A DNA stretch of 34,480 bases from Lentisphaera sp. (GCA_020721745.1 DYMC01000001.1:1-34480); one strand, 5' to 3'; numbered from the stretch's first letter, positions 23,203 through 32,607 are shown. Numbers and translations are program-made. Notes: generated by a model not told the origin, from the letters alone.

Positions 23203-24053
23203 TGTGATTCTCCTTCGATTAAATTGATGCCCGAGAGGGCGAGAGCTTGACGATAGTCAACCGTGACCTCTTCTCCTTGGCCGCCGCCGACACAACCAGC
23301 AATTCGCTGAGTGGCCACGAGCCAAATGGTACCGCTCTCGTCCTTGGTGAACTTGGCATTGGGAGTTTTTGAGTGGTTGGTATATCGGCCAGCAGGTGTA
23401 CGGCGTCCCATGACTCTAGCTGGTCCAAGCACCTCACCAGCTTCAGCAGGCGAGCTGAGGAACACGCCAAGGCCCTCGATGGCCGATGGGCGAATAGTCA
23501 ACTTGGCGCCAAACCCTTCAGGCATGGGTATCTGGTCGTGAGGGTTTTCTGATTGAGCTCGCACGACGTCTGGAGTGAAGCCAGCAAGGCGGACCACCAG
23601 CTCGAAGTCTTCACGGTCTTCACGACGGCGGTAAGACTCAAGCTGCTTAGCTGCCTCAGCATGGGCTTGCCATGTGGGACTCTTGTCGAGGAACATCGAT
23701 TCGAGCTTGTCGATGTCACGCTCCTCGGTAGCGTAGACGTTCTGCCAGACGCAGGTCTCGAGCACGTAGCCGAGCTTGCGCCCAGGCTTGCCAACGAAGA
23801 TCATGGGTGCTCGCAGCACCTTGGTCTGCCCGTCGTCACCAACCATTGCGACTGCGCCTGTCAACATGATGTTAAGGTGCTCAAACCGCTGGGCGTGTCC
23901 AATGGCGATTGTGCCAGCAGGCAGGGTAACTTCTCGGATGTAGATGCCAGGTCCGAAGTGATGAACAACCGGGCATTCGACCTGTGGAAAGTTGAGCATG
24001 TAGCCTTCAAGGGCTTCCAACGCTGTTGCTTTTTTGATTGCGGTGCCACTCAT
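23199..24053 (-). CDS. Cupin-like N-terminal domain fused to a minimal SET-domain (protein lysine methyltransferase) C-terminus
   Basis: SET motifs: IEGLGVF (GxG), GRYTNHSKTPNAKF (NHS.xPN) and GEEVTVDY (EELxxDY). These closely resemble my recollection of chlorella virus vSET (FNHSKDPNA, GEEITISY). The N-terminus HHFGPGIYIREVTLPAGTIAIGHAQRFEHLNIMLTG is cupin-like. ATG at 24053 follows aaggag. Confidence 0.8.
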   Translation of the reverse strand: MSGTAIKKATALEALEGYMLNFPQVECPVVHHFGPGIYIREVTLPAGTIAIGHAQRFEHLNIMLTGAVAMVGDDGQTKVLRAPMIFVGKPGRKLGYVLETCVWQNVYATEERDIDKLESMFLDKSPTWQAHAEAAKQLESYRRREDREDFELVVRLAGFTPDVVRAQSENPHDQIPMPEGFGAKLTIRPSAIEGLGVFLSSPAEAGEVLGPARVMGRRTPAGRYTNHSKTPNAKFTKDESGTIWLVATQRIAGCVGGGQGEEVTVDYRQALALSGINLIEGESQ

Positions 24054-24137
24054 CACTTCACTCCTTGGTGGGACTTGTGAGCTGCTGGCGGCTCGAGTCT
24101 CGGCTCAGCTGAGATGGTATCTGCCATGAATCTATAG

Positions 24138-24167
24138 AAAAAAGCGAACCACTTTAGGTGATTTCGC
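24138..24167 (-). terminator. Rho-independent terminator on the - strand (the stop codon of the 111-aa gene lies in the loop)
   Basis: On the - strand: gcgaaatcac / gtggttcgc stem (9 bp with a 1 nt bulge), ctaaa loop containing TAA, then tttttt. Confidence 0.65.
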
Positions 24168-24489
24168 GGCCTGAAGCGCTGATAGTCAACGACGTGGCAG
24201 CACCAGCCAACGTAGAAATGAACCCGCCTGGCTCAAGGACCTGACCCACAAGCTCAGGGCAGGTGTAGGTCTCGCCGGCGGCGATCGATCTAGTGCTCAG
24301 CACCAGGTTCGACACCCCGGCAGCTTCACCTGAGGCCACCAGGTTGCAAGCGAAGGTCACGGCTCCTGCTGTGGTGTTAGTCACAGTGAACTTATCGATG
24401 ATTGTTTTGCAGTTTGTCGCAGTGTATTGTGTCGTCTGCACGTTCTCAGCTTGCTTGCGCGGGATGATGTTCTTGACGGTGACGGTCAT
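24154..24489 (-). CDS. Hypothetical beta-rich virion-module protein (111 aa)
   Basis: Start MTVTVKNIIP with a ggagat RBS. The extension to 24552 overlaps the upstream gene and lacks an RBS. A terminator follows the gene. Confidence 0.65.
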   Translation of the reverse strand: MTVTVKNIIPRKQAENVQTTQYTATNCKTIIDKFTVTNTTAGAVTFACNLVASGEAAGVSNLVLSTRSIAAGETYTCPELVGQVLEPGGFISTLAGAATSLTISASGREIT

Positions 24490-24500
24490 GGTGGATCTCC

Positions 24501-25028
24501 TTACCAGGTTGGGATGTAACGAATTGTGCCATTGTCGTTTATGGCAACCCATTTTGTAGGATCGCCATCTACAGGGGCGTTAGATAGTGTGCCGACAGCG
24601 GCTGCCGCCCCGTTTGAAAGTGTAGTGGTCGTTTCAAGCAAAATTGTTTGGTTGTTCTTGAGATTAGCAGATACTGTGCCGCCAGATATTGAGACGCATT
24701 CCGCCTGTTGTTGCCCAAGCGTGCCAACCTGAACAGGCGGCGCGAGATTATCGGCTTGCAACAATTCGACTGCTGGCATGACAATTACGTCTTCTCCCAA
24801 AACCGCCGGGGCGGCTGGCGACAAAGCGAGCAGTTCCAAAGCATCGGCGATGCGGTGAAGAGCGTCTAAAGCCTCCTGAACTTTGGCGGCTGCCGATTCT
24901 GCAATTTGCGCATCGCTGGACGCCAGCACATCATTCACAACCTGGAAAAGCCGTTCAAACTGCTTGATCGACTGGTGGTCTTTCAGAAAGGCCGCCAATT
25001 GGTCACGAGTGAGATTTAAGCGCGCCAT
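24501..25028 (-). CDS. Tail needle / fibre-like protein (helical N-terminus, beta C-terminal knob), P22 gp26-position analog
   Basis: 175 aa. Assigned by position directly after the gp10-like gene. The N-terminal half is helical (AKVQEALDALHRIADALELL). Function assignment is positional. Confidence 0.5.
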   Translation of the reverse strand: MARLNLTRDQLAAFLKDHQSIKQFERLFQVVNDVLASSDAQIAESAAAKVQEALDALHRIADALELLALSPAAPAVLGEDVIVMPAVELLQADNLAPPVQVGTLGQQQAECVSISGGTVSANLKNNQTILLETTTTLSNGAAAAVGTLSNAPVDGDPTKWVAINDNGTIRYIPTW

Positions 25029-25030
25029 GG

Positions 25031-26431
25031 TTACACCGCCAATGCTTCAAGATGCGCCTCAAGACGCGCCACCGAGATAAACGCCCGGCTGTCGCCTCTG
25101 AATCGCTGCATTCGCCAATTGCGCATATGACCTTGCTGTAACCACACGATGCGCTTAAGTCGGTCACCCTGCTTGCCAACCTTTACGAACTTGTCTTGGC
25201 TCCAAGTTTCGCCGTCCACCGAGTATGACGTGCTAATCTGCGGGTCTTTGCCAAACTCTACACGACCAGTCAAACAAACAAGTTCCAACTCGTGGAAGAT
25301 GGCTCCGCGACCCTCGTTGTAGATGATCAGCGAGCCAAACTCCCATCGCACAGTCTCGCCAAAATGGGAGGCGATAGAGTCGTCCAGGTAGCCGACGTTT
25401 GAGGTCTCAGCATCTCCAATAAGCCATCTGTCGTAGCACCACACCAAATCCTTTGCACGGTACGCCGAGAAACCATTAATCGCGCTCGTCAGATGGAACC
25501 AAACCGGTTCTTCCAGCGCTTGAGACGCCGCCGCGTCATAGACAAGCGTCCGATCTGGCAACCGCACCCACAGATGTTGATGCGCTTTATCATTGCGCGT
25601 CTCCAGCACCGACAGAGCTAGTTGTGCCTCAGTATAGCCCGACAAGATCGTGTCGATTTCGCGGGTGCTGATCTTGATTGCGTTTGCGTTGCTGCCAAGA
25701 TATACGCCGGGGGATTCATTGCGTCCGCCGCCAAGAAAAGCTACTGCATCCATAAAGATGCAAGCGGCATGTGTACCTATAACGCCCTTCTGAATCTGTG
25801 CACTTTCAATTCTGGCGAATGGGAAAAACTCTCCGCCTACGTTGTCGAATACCTCGATTGTGTGCCGGTTCAACGCGTAGACCTCATTGCGCACCTTGAG
25901 CACCGCCTTGATTGGGTCTGGATCGACTTCAGAACTGCCGTACTTCAGTGGATTAACAGAGGTCGGATTGTTGAGTTCTGTAACGACAAGTGACGTGCCG
26001 TCTGTGGTGAGGAAGTAGCCATCCACCCAGCAAAAGTCGAGCACTGTGCCGAGGTTGGCGTCGGCCACACGCGTTAGCGTTGACCCGTCCCAGTAAAACA
26101 AGTTGCCACCTGATGCGATGCCGAGGCGGTCGAAGGAGTAATCGAACGTCACTTGACCTGATCCGCCCACGTCGCCCAATTCAGTGATCGTGCCGTTCTC
26201 CGCTACCGTCACCAGCTTTGTGCCCATGACACGATAGCAGATACCAGACCAGTTGATTCCGCCGCGGCTGACACCGGGGCCTGTGCCATTGGCAACCAAG
26301 CCATCTGCCGGGCGCAAGTATCCTTTGCTAATCCCTTGCTCTTTTGGCACCGGCACCATGTTGACAGGGTAGGAAGTTCGGAAATCCGCCACCCCGTCAG
26401 TATAGATGCCGTTTAGAACAGGAATTTGCAT
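25031..26431 (-). CDS. P22 gp10-like tail hub / packaged-DNA stabilisation protein
   Basis: 466 aa (I recall P22 gp10 as a similar size). Shared stretches by eye: GVSRG, YRV.G.KL, GDV.GSG.V, VYDA..SQ. Correct position in the P22 gene order. Confidence 0.75.
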   Translation of the reverse strand: MQIPVLNGIYTDGVADFRTSYPVNMVPVPKEQGISKGYLRPADGLVANGTGPGVSRGGINWSGICYRVMGTKLVTVAENGTITELGDVGGSGQVTFDYSFDRLGIASGGNLFYWDGSTLTRVADANLGTVLDFCWVDGYFLTTDGTSLVVTELNNPTSVNPLKYGSSEVDPDPIKAVLKVRNEVYALNRHTIEVFDNVGGEFFPFARIESAQIQKGVIGTHAACIFMDAVAFLGGGRNESPGVYLGSNANAIKISTREIDTILSGYTEAQLALSVLETRNDKAHQHLWVRLPDRTLVYDAAASQALEEPVWFHLTSAINGFSAYRAKDLVWCYDRWLIGDAETSNVGYLDDSIASHFGETVRWEFGSLIIYNEGRGAIFHELELVCLTGRVEFGKDPQISTSYSVDGETWSQDKFVKVGKQGDRLKRIVWLQQGHMRNWRMQRFRGDSRAFISVARLEAHLEALAV

Positions 26432-26434
26432 GTC

Positions 26435-26896
26435 TCAGCATCCCTTGAAGAGCTGCGCACCAAAAGATACCACCATGTAGTCAGCGGCAGGGTCAACGGC
26501 TGCCGAGTCGTGGAATCGAATAGTCGAACCAGCGGGCAGATACAGGTCAATGGGGATTGGAACTTGAATCATGTTGTCTATAAATGACGTTTCACGATTA
26601 ATGCCCTGAAAGAATCCATAGTTGTATACCAAGGATGAATTCTGCACCGCGCCTGCCGAGATATAACCAACTTCGTTGCCGCTTGGATCGGTCATAGTGA
26701 GACGCAATTGACGGGCGCCAGCTGTTGCGGACGTTACAAGTTTGACGTTGGCATACATGATCTTCCACATTTCGCCAGCCGGAACAGTAAAAGACTTGTC
26801 ACTGCCGTTTGCCGTGTTGTCAAAAACGCTGTAGATGGGAGCAACCGAGGTGACACCTTCGGTAAAGTTATCCCCACTTGAAAAGTTGAAACACAT
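26435..26896 (-). CDS. Hypothetical beta-rich virion-module protein (153 aa)
   Basis: Start MCFNFSSGDNF with an aaggag RBS. The longer track ORF (to 26929) overlaps the upstream gene. Confidence 0.6.
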   Translation of the reverse strand: MCFNFSSGDNFTEGVTSVAPIYSVFDNTANGSDKSFTVPAGEMWKIMYANVKLVTSATAGARQLRLTMTDPSGNEVGYISAGAVQNSSLVYNYGFFQGINRETSFIDNMIQVPIPIDLYLPAGSTIRFHDSAAVDPAADYMVVSFGAQLFKGC

Positions 26897-26910
26897 AATG
26901 TTCTCCTTAG

Positions 26911-27366
26911 TCAGCCGACGCGATACCACGTCGAGGTTACGGCGTCGAATTTGAGCGTGAAGAATGCATTGGCTGCCAATGCGGTTGGTGCACCAGTTAC
27001 GGTAGCACCGTTCCCAGATACGGTCAGAGCGGTCACGGCTTGGGTGCAGTTCACCAAGACTTCTTGACGGTCAACGCAGTTGGCCACAGCAGGAAGCACC
27101 AGAGTGCCAGCGGCAAAGTCAGCAGTCGGTGCAAGCACCAGCCAGACACTGTCCGAGTTGTTGTTGACCTGAATGCTGAAGCCAGTTGCTGAAGGGGCGG
27201 CGAACTGAGTGATCTTGTCGTCGGAAGCAGTGATACCTTCTTGGAAGAAGGTCTTGAGCAGCGAGAGCGCGGCCTTACGCGCGTCGCCGTTGGCTGCCGA
27301 GTAGATTGGCACTTGGTCGCCAGACTGGACTTGATCGACGGCAGCGAGCTGATTGATTTGTGGCAT
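26911..27366 (-). CDS. Hypothetical tail-associated protein (151 aa)
   Basis: aggag RBS. The N-terminus QINQLAAVDQVQSGDQVPIYSAANGDARK resembles conserved N-termini of podovirus fibre/adaptor proteins. Confidence 0.6.
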   Translation of the reverse strand: MPQINQLAAVDQVQSGDQVPIYSAANGDARKAALSLLKTFFQEGITASDDKITQFAAPSATGFSIQVNNNSDSVWLVLAPTADFAAGTLVLPAVANCVDRQEVLVNCTQAVTALTVSGNGATVTGAPTALAANAFFTLKFDAVTSTWYRVG

Positions 27367-27377
27367 GTGAGGTTCTC

Positions 27378-27860
27378 CTAGTTGAACTCGATTGGGCCGT
27401 CTTCACCTGCAAGCAGGGGATCAACTGGTCGATGAAAGAACGGATCGTTATAGACCCGCCATGGTTTGTTGCCTGCGCCAGAAGGCATCGTGCCTGGGAA
27501 CTGCTGCTCAGGTGGCACGGCGGCACGAGACAGCAAGACATCGTAGGCCATCTTGGCCGCGGCCTTGGTCTCAGGGGCTACAGTCTTGCCGAAGCCAGGA
27601 GCGATGCGGATCCCGAGGTTCAGGTAGATGGCCTCATTGGCCGAGTCAGGTACGTTGGTTTCTTCGTCAAGGTCGCTATTTTGTGGGTTTGACGCGATGG
27701 GGTAACCGAGACGGATTCCTTTAGCGTTCCACGACGCCATCATGGAGTCCAGCCGGTTCAAGGCGCTTTGCAGCTGCGCAGGGGTCAGGTCGAAAACGTA
27801 AGCCGCCAACCCGACTTCTTCGAAGGCCTGTGTGACGAATTGGCGCTTAGTCCAGCCCAT
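27378..27860 (-). CDS. P22 gp4-like head-to-tail adaptor (tail accessory factor)
   Basis: 160 aa. LNRLDSMMASWNAKGI and TMPSGAGNK match P22 gp4 DDLEAMMAEWYQDGKGI and RMPTGSGNS as I recall them. aaggag RBS. Confidence 0.75.
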   Translation of the reverse strand: MGWTKRQFVTQAFEEVGLAAYVFDLTPAQLQSALNRLDSMMASWNAKGIRLGYPIASNPQNSDLDEETNVPDSANEAIYLNLGIRIAPGFGKTVAPETKAAAKMAYDVLLSRAAVPPEQQFPGTMPSGAGNKPWRVYNDPFFHRPVDPLLAGEDGPIEFN

Positions 27861-27902
27861 GGTTGCTCCTTGGCGAGTGCTTTAGTGATTGAGGCGCTGA
27901 GT

Positions 27903-28190
27903 TCAGCGTCTAGTCGTCTTCTTGCCGAACTGGATGCCCAGCTCTTTGGCCTTGGTCTCGAGCTCAGCACGAGTTGCCGGCGCGTCATCAGACTTCACCG
28001 CGGGCTTGTCGTGGGCGTCAATGGCCTCAGGCAACGTGGTGAACCAGCCATCAGCCAGCTTGGCGTCGAGCTCTTCCTGGTCGTTAATAGCAGCGTAGTC
28101 GTACGTGCCGCCGGCGCGGGAGTGCGGGCCATGGCCCTTGTAGACGAGCGTGGGAAACTGGTCGTCAGCAGCTTGAACTTCTTCAGTCAT
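27903..28190 (-). CDS. Hypothetical protein with a C-terminal HeH/Rho-N-like motif (95 aa)
   Basis: ATG start (MTEEVQAADD) with a gaggg RBS. The TTG extension to 28253 would run through an intergenic hairpin. The C-terminus is TRAELETKAKELGIQF. Confidence 0.55.
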   Translation of the reverse strand: MTEEVQAADDQFPTLVYKGHGPHSRAGGTYDYAAINDQEELDAKLADGWFTTLPEAIDAHDKPAVKSDDAPATRAELETKAKELGIQFGKKTTRR

Positions 28191-28223
28191 TTCGGTGCCC
28201 TCAGGTGGATTGATCGGTAGGTT

Positions 28224-28251
28224 GAAGGAAGGGACCGGAGCCCCTTCCTTC
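28224..28251 (-). promoter_or_regulatory. Stable stem-loop immediately downstream of the coat gene (no U tract)
   Basis: gaaggaaggg (28224-28233) pairs with cccttccttc (28242-28251): a 10 bp perfect stem with an 8 nt loop, 8 nt after the coat stop codon. Confidence 0.6.
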
Positions 28252-28258
28252 AATCAGC

Positions 28259-29533
28259 TTAGGGTTGGCTGAACATCATGATGCCGGCCATTTCAGGCTG
28301 CTTACACACGACACCGAAGAGAGTGTCCAAGCGGTACTTGGTCGTCATTGTGTTGATGTCATAAAACTTCTGCATGACCAGTTCGATACCCTGATCAGTG
28401 GTGGCACGCATCACTGCGGTACCAGCATCGGACGGGACGGCGTAACGGCCGGGCAGAATTTCCAGCGCGTCCTTCTGCCAGAACGGATTCTGGTAGCCGT
28501 CAGCGGTGTTCAAGAACACGATGGCCGAGGTCGAAGACTTGGCATTCACCACGCAGTTCTGGTACTGGGCCGAAGCGTCGTTAGGCACCTGGTTGCTGAT
28601 GATTGGCGGGCTGATGACCATCGTGGTGCCGCTGGTCACGCTGATGACGCGGAAGGTCTTCAGCTGGCCGGTGTCGCCCTTGGTGATGGCGTGCACGCTG
28701 TTCACACCAGCGATCGTGAAGGCGTCGCCAGCAGCCACCGAAGCGGTGCTCGAAACAGTCACGGTCTGGTAACGGTTGTCAACGTTGATCTTGCCGCCCG
28801 CGGAGGTGATCGTGGCCTTGGGGATGTAGTAGTTGCCAGCAGAGTCCAGAGTGCTGATGGTCAGACCTGAGCCGCCGGCAGCGGCCGCCTTGCGGTTGGC
28901 GTAGTCCAGTTTGTACGTGTCGAACGAGGCGATCATGCCGACGTAGGCGCGGCGGTAGGCTTCCTTCGGCAGGTCAGTCACGTTCTGACGACCAGCCAAG
29001 TTGCCCGCCATGCCGTTGTAATCGCGTGTGCTCAGAGCGAGGTAGCGATCGTATGAAGGCACACCGATTTCGTTGAACACTGCTTCGCACTGGGCGACGT
29101 CGTCGAAACCAGAAGCCGCAGCGGTGCGCTTCACGAACAAGGTACCTTGGGAGGATGCCACGTTCATGATTGCCACGTTGATGTCGCTGGCCAGCTTCTG
29201 CTTGGCGCTGTCGCCCAGACGACCTTCTTGCAGAGCGTCGCGCAGTTCCTTGGCGTTCAGGGTCCAAGGCACAGTCCTGCTGAAGCCCAGGGTGGCGGGC
29301 ACAGACAGCTGAACCATGTCCTTGTACTGGGCGGAGATGTCAGTACCAGGTGCACCGTCAATCGAGTTAGCGATGTACGGCTGGGGACGCCAGATGGTGT
29401 CTTGCGAGCGCTCCATCTCGGTGCCGCCGACGTTGTAGGTCGCGACGTTGCGGCTCAGGACCAAGGCGTCATTGAAGCCTTCGAGGATGTCTTCAAACGC
29501 GATGCGTTCTTCTTTGGAAAATGCATTTGCCAT
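28259..29533 (-). CDS. Major capsid (coat) protein, P22 gp5-like
   Basis: 424 aa. QDTIWRP and NVDNRYQTVTVSSTASVAAGDAFTIAGV match P22 coat SNTIWMP and [28 protein letters not shown] as I recall them. aggag RBS. Confidence 0.9.
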   Translation of the reverse strand: MANAFSKEERIAFEDILEGFNDALVLSRNVATYNVGGTEMERSQDTIWRPQPYIANSIDGAPGTDISAQYKDMVQLSVPATLGFSRTVPWTLNAKELRDALQEGRLGDSAKQKLASDINVAIMNVASSQGTLFVKRTAAASGFDDVAQCEAVFNEIGVPSYDRYLALSTRDYNGMAGNLAGRQNVTDLPKEAYRRAYVGMIASFDTYKLDYANRKAAAAGGSGLTISTLDSAGNYYIPKATITSAGGKINVDNRYQTVTVSSTASVAAGDAFTIAGVNSVHAITKGDTGQLKTFRVISVTSGTTMVISPPIISNQVPNDASAQYQNCVVNAKSSTSAIVFLNTADGYQNPFWQKDALEILPGRYAVPSDAGTAVMRATTDQGIELVMQKFYDINTMTTKYRLDTLFGVVCKQPEMAGIMMFSQP

Positions 29534-29557
29534 GATTGGCTCCTATTCAAAAATGGT

Positions 29558-30454
29558 CTACTTAGCCGCTTGCTTCGACCTCTTGTACTGGATGACTTTG
29601 GTGAAGTCACCAGACTTTGCCGCCTCTGCACGCAGCCGCTCGAGGGTTGGGTCCACAGTCCCAGACTTGTTGCCAGTTCCCTGGACAATGCGCTCAGGTG
29701 CTGTGGCTGCTTTGCGTTGCGTAACTTTCAATTGAGTCTCCAGTTTAGCCACCGCGAAAGCAAATTTCACGGGGTCAGTGATGGTCGAGATTTCCTTGGC
29801 CTTCTTTGGGTTCTTGCCCAGCGCGTAGATAACCAACGCAGGGTTCTCAGCTCCTTGCAGCATGATGCCTTGCTGGGTGCCGTTGAAGATGTCCTGGACA
29901 GTCGCCTCGGCGTCGTCGAAGTCCCTGACCTTCAGTTTAGCTTTCGCCTCGTTGTAGGCATCCAGTTTGGCCTGCCAAGCTTTCTGCTGTTCCTTTTGTG
30001 CAGCTTCAGCTTGTGCAGCAGCTTGGTCGGCTTCACGTTTCCGGTCGTACCAAGCTGTCAATGCTTGCTCGAACCTCTCAGCGTCATAATCGTAATCTTC
30101 AAGAGCGGGCTTCTTACCCAAGGCTGCCGGCTTGGTCTCAGCAGTCTTGATGGCGTTGAGCTTCTCTTCCAGTTCACGGATGCGACGCTTGTCCTCGCGG
30201 TTGATCCTGCGCAGTTCACGTACCCATTCGGGCGCTCGGGTCTCTTCCTCAGTGGGTGGCGCTTCCTCACCAATGGTCACCACAACATCATCGGACTCAG
30301 TGGCAGTTTCCTGGGTGCCTTCACCTTCGTTGTCATCGGACTGGGTTTCGTCGGTGTTGCTGTCTTCACCCTCGCCGTCCACAACCGTGGTTTCGTCTTC
30401 CAAGGTTACCACTTCATCGTCTGCCGCTGCTTGGTCGTCTGCCTTTTTGTTCAT
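29558..30454 (-). CDS. Scaffolding protein (acidic N-terminus, long coiled coil)
   Basis: Lies between the portal and coat genes. Highly charged, Ala/Glu/Lys-rich and helical. The ATG at 30454 was chosen; the track start at 30472 is a TTG. Confidence 0.6.
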   Translation of the reverse strand: MNKKADDQAAADDEVVTLEDETTVVDGEGEDSNTDETQSDDNEGEGTQETATESDDVVVTIGEEAPPTEEETRAPEWVRELRRINREDKRRIRELEEKLNAIKTAETKPAALGKKPALEDYDYDAERFEQALTAWYDRKREADQAAAQAEAAQKEQQKAWQAKLDAYNEAKAKLKVRDFDDAEATVQDIFNGTQQGIMLQGAENPALVIYALGKNPKKAKEISTITDPVKFAFAVAKLETQLKVTQRKAATAPERIVQGTGNKSGTVDPTLERLRAEAAKSGDFTKVIQYKRSKQAAK

Positions 30455-30519
30455 TTCAATGACCCCATTCAAACCTCACCCATTAGAGCGGCTGGGTGGG
30501 AACCGCATAAACAAAGATA

Positions 30520-32598
30520 TTACAGTGAAGTGCCGTTCTGGGATACAGTTTCGGCCCCTTGAGGTTGGACCTGGCCCAATCCACCTAACTTTTCGATGAC
30601 CTCAATGGCCTGGCGCTGCTCTGACGAGTTCACTTCAGCCAGTGTCTTCATAGTCTTGGCCTTGGTTTCATCTGCCTGGGCAATCGTGAGGATGGTCTTG
30701 GCGCGAGCCTGAGTGGCATTGGCCGTGGCCTCATCGGCCGCTGCCTGCAAGTACTGCTCATTCGGATTGGGCTTGGCGTTCTGAGCTTCCTCAGCCATGG
30801 CCCGCTGTTCTTCCTCAGTGGGCTTGACGACTCCCATGCGGAGCAACTTCTTGCGGAAGTAGTCGCGCACCTCAGTGATACCTTCGCCTTCCATATTCAT
30901 CATGGCCATGGCGCCAAGGACCTGCTTGGTCTCAGCGTCATCGGTCAGGGAAGCCATACCGGTTAGAGCACGGACCGTGGCGGCACGCTTACTAGAAGAC
31001 GAAGGGCCGACGTCCACACTGACGTCGAACTCGGCGTCAGACAAGTCGTTCTCAATCCCAATCTCGCCCTTCTCGTTAATCATGGGCTTGGCCAGTTCGA
31101 CTGACTGAATCTCGCCTTGTGGGCCGATGGACTTCATCTTGCGGCCTTCTTCGACCAGAACATCCTTAGCCATGCTCAACCAAATTTCACCTGAGCGTTT
31201 GATGGCCTTGCTCATGTTGCTCATGTAGATGAAGGTTTGCATGTCGAGCTTGTTCTGCACGAGCTCAACTGCTTTGCCACTGATATTGGGCTGGAGCTCT
31301 TCGCCGGCCTGCTGGTTACCAAGCAGGTCCTTCATGTCCTGCTCAGTGATTTGCAGCAGAGCAGCCAAAGCCTGTGGAACCTGAGGCGGTTTGGTGTAAC
31401 CGATCGGACCAGAAATGGCTTGATTACCATTGGCGTCAGTAATGGGATTGACAAGCAGATAGGGAAAGTTCTTGATGTTGTCATTAGCCCACATTATTTG
31501 GTGGCCGGCAACTTGTTCAGGTGTGAGGATGGGCTTCTCAACCGAGGACATGGCGCTGATTTCACCGAGCTTCGACAGCTGCATGTTCTTCAAGCGCTGA
31601 GCATCCTTGGCCAAGCGGACATGACCCATGCAGCGCTCAACGTTGTCAACGAACCAGCGCTTGCCGTACATGGGCACGATGGGGATGCACTTACCGGCTA
31701 TGTAGCCGCAGTCCTCGAGAATCTTGGCGCCTGACAGGATGTACTTGCGGACGCGGCGGCGCTTGATGGTCTTCTGGCGAACCTCACGGCTGCCAACAGC
31801 GAGCAGGCGCTCTTCCAAGGTCTCATCAGCCTCGAAGTCGGCGTCATTGTAGCGTTCCTCATCGCCGTTCAGGGTCTCCCAGACGTAGACGGTCTCACGG
31901 GTCTCCTCGACGCGGTAGTACTCAGCCACATAGACGACGTCAGGCGTCAGCCAATCGAACTCATACCGATGGACTTCCTTCGGCCACGAAGCTGGATCAT
32001 CGCCCCACTCATCCTTGTAAGCTTGGTGCGTCATGGACGTGATGACGAAGCAGCTCTTGGCGTCAGCCTTGTCTTGGCGCTTGGCGTTCAGGTCAAAGAA
32101 TACAGACGAGTCGGCATCAAAGATCGGCTCAATGCGGATACGCTGCCTCTCGTCCTCTTTGTCCTCTTCGTTCTCGTACACTGTGCGCAGACGCCACGCA
32201 CCAAAGCCGCCAGCCACACCTTCCTCAAAGGCGTTGTCATAAGCTTCTTCAGCGCCGCTGTCCTGCTCGTCGGCACGGTACAGGCCGGCGCATATGTCAG
32301 CCAGCTTGTCGTGCTCCTTGCCTTCCTTGCTCACGAAGTTGACGGTGATGCGGTTGTTGCGGTACTCGTTGATGATGCGGATGACAGCCAAGTGAATCTT
32401 GTTAACCTCGAACTTGGGCTTGTTCTCGAACTGCTCGCCCAATGGACCTTCCCACTGAGCACCTGCGACCGAGTAAAACCGGCGGTCTTGTAGGCACTGC
32501 AGTCGCTCATCGCGCAGGGCAGATTGGATGTTGTCGAACTCGACGAGTGCCTCCTTGTGGATGGCAGCAAGTCGTTGCTCTTTGGTTGGTCGGGCCAT
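30520..32598 (-). CDS. Portal protein, P22 gp1-like
   Basis: 692 aa. GGFGAWRLRT, IKRRRVRKYILSG, CIPIVPMYG and VRLAKDAQRLKNM parallel P22 portal AGVGAWRLVT, IKRRRVYKSIITC, HIPIVPVFG and VRLTKDGQRLRNM. Confidence 0.9.
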   Translation of the reverse strand: MARPTKEQRLAAIHKEALVEFDNIQSALRDERLQCLQDRRFYSVAGAQWEGPLGEQFENKPKFEVNKIHLAVIRIINEYRNNRITVNFVSKEGKEHDKLADICAGLYRADEQDSGAEEAYDNAFEEGVAGGFGAWRLRTVYENEEDKEDERQRIRIEPIFDADSSVFFDLNAKRQDKADAKSCFVITSMTHQAYKDEWGDDPASWPKEVHRYEFDWLTPDVVYVAEYYRVEETRETVYVWETLNGDEERYNDADFEADETLEERLLAVGSREVRQKTIKRRRVRKYILSGAKILEDCGYIAGKCIPIVPMYGKRWFVDNVERCMGHVRLAKDAQRLKNMQLSKLGEISAMSSVEKPILTPEQVAGHQIMWANDNIKNFPYLLVNPITDANGNQAISGPIGYTKPPQVPQALAALLQITEQDMKDLLGNQQAGEELQPNISGKAVELVQNKLDMQTFIYMSNMSKAIKRSGEIWLSMAKDVLVEEGRKMKSIGPQGEIQSVELAKPMINEKGEIGIENDLSDAEFDVSVDVGPSSSSKRAATVRALTGMASLTDDAETKQVLGAMAMMNMEGEGITEVRDYFRKKLLRMGVVKPTEEEQRAMAEEAQNAKPNPNEQYLQAAADEATANATQARAKTILTIAQADETKAKTMKTLAEVNSSEQRQAIEVIEKLGGLGQVQPQGAETVSQNGTSL

Positions 32599-32607
32599 GG
32601 TAGTTCC

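Noticed and set aside
24501-26929. Diversity-generating retroelement or other variable receptor-binding system among the small beta-rich tail-module genes
   Set aside because: No reverse transcriptase gene is present, and I saw no template/variable repeat pair.
27903-28253. Full-length track ORF starting at TTG 28253
   Set aside because: Its first 21 codons coincide with a perfect 10 bp intergenic hairpin after the coat gene and have no RBS. The ATG at 28190 has a gaggg RBS.
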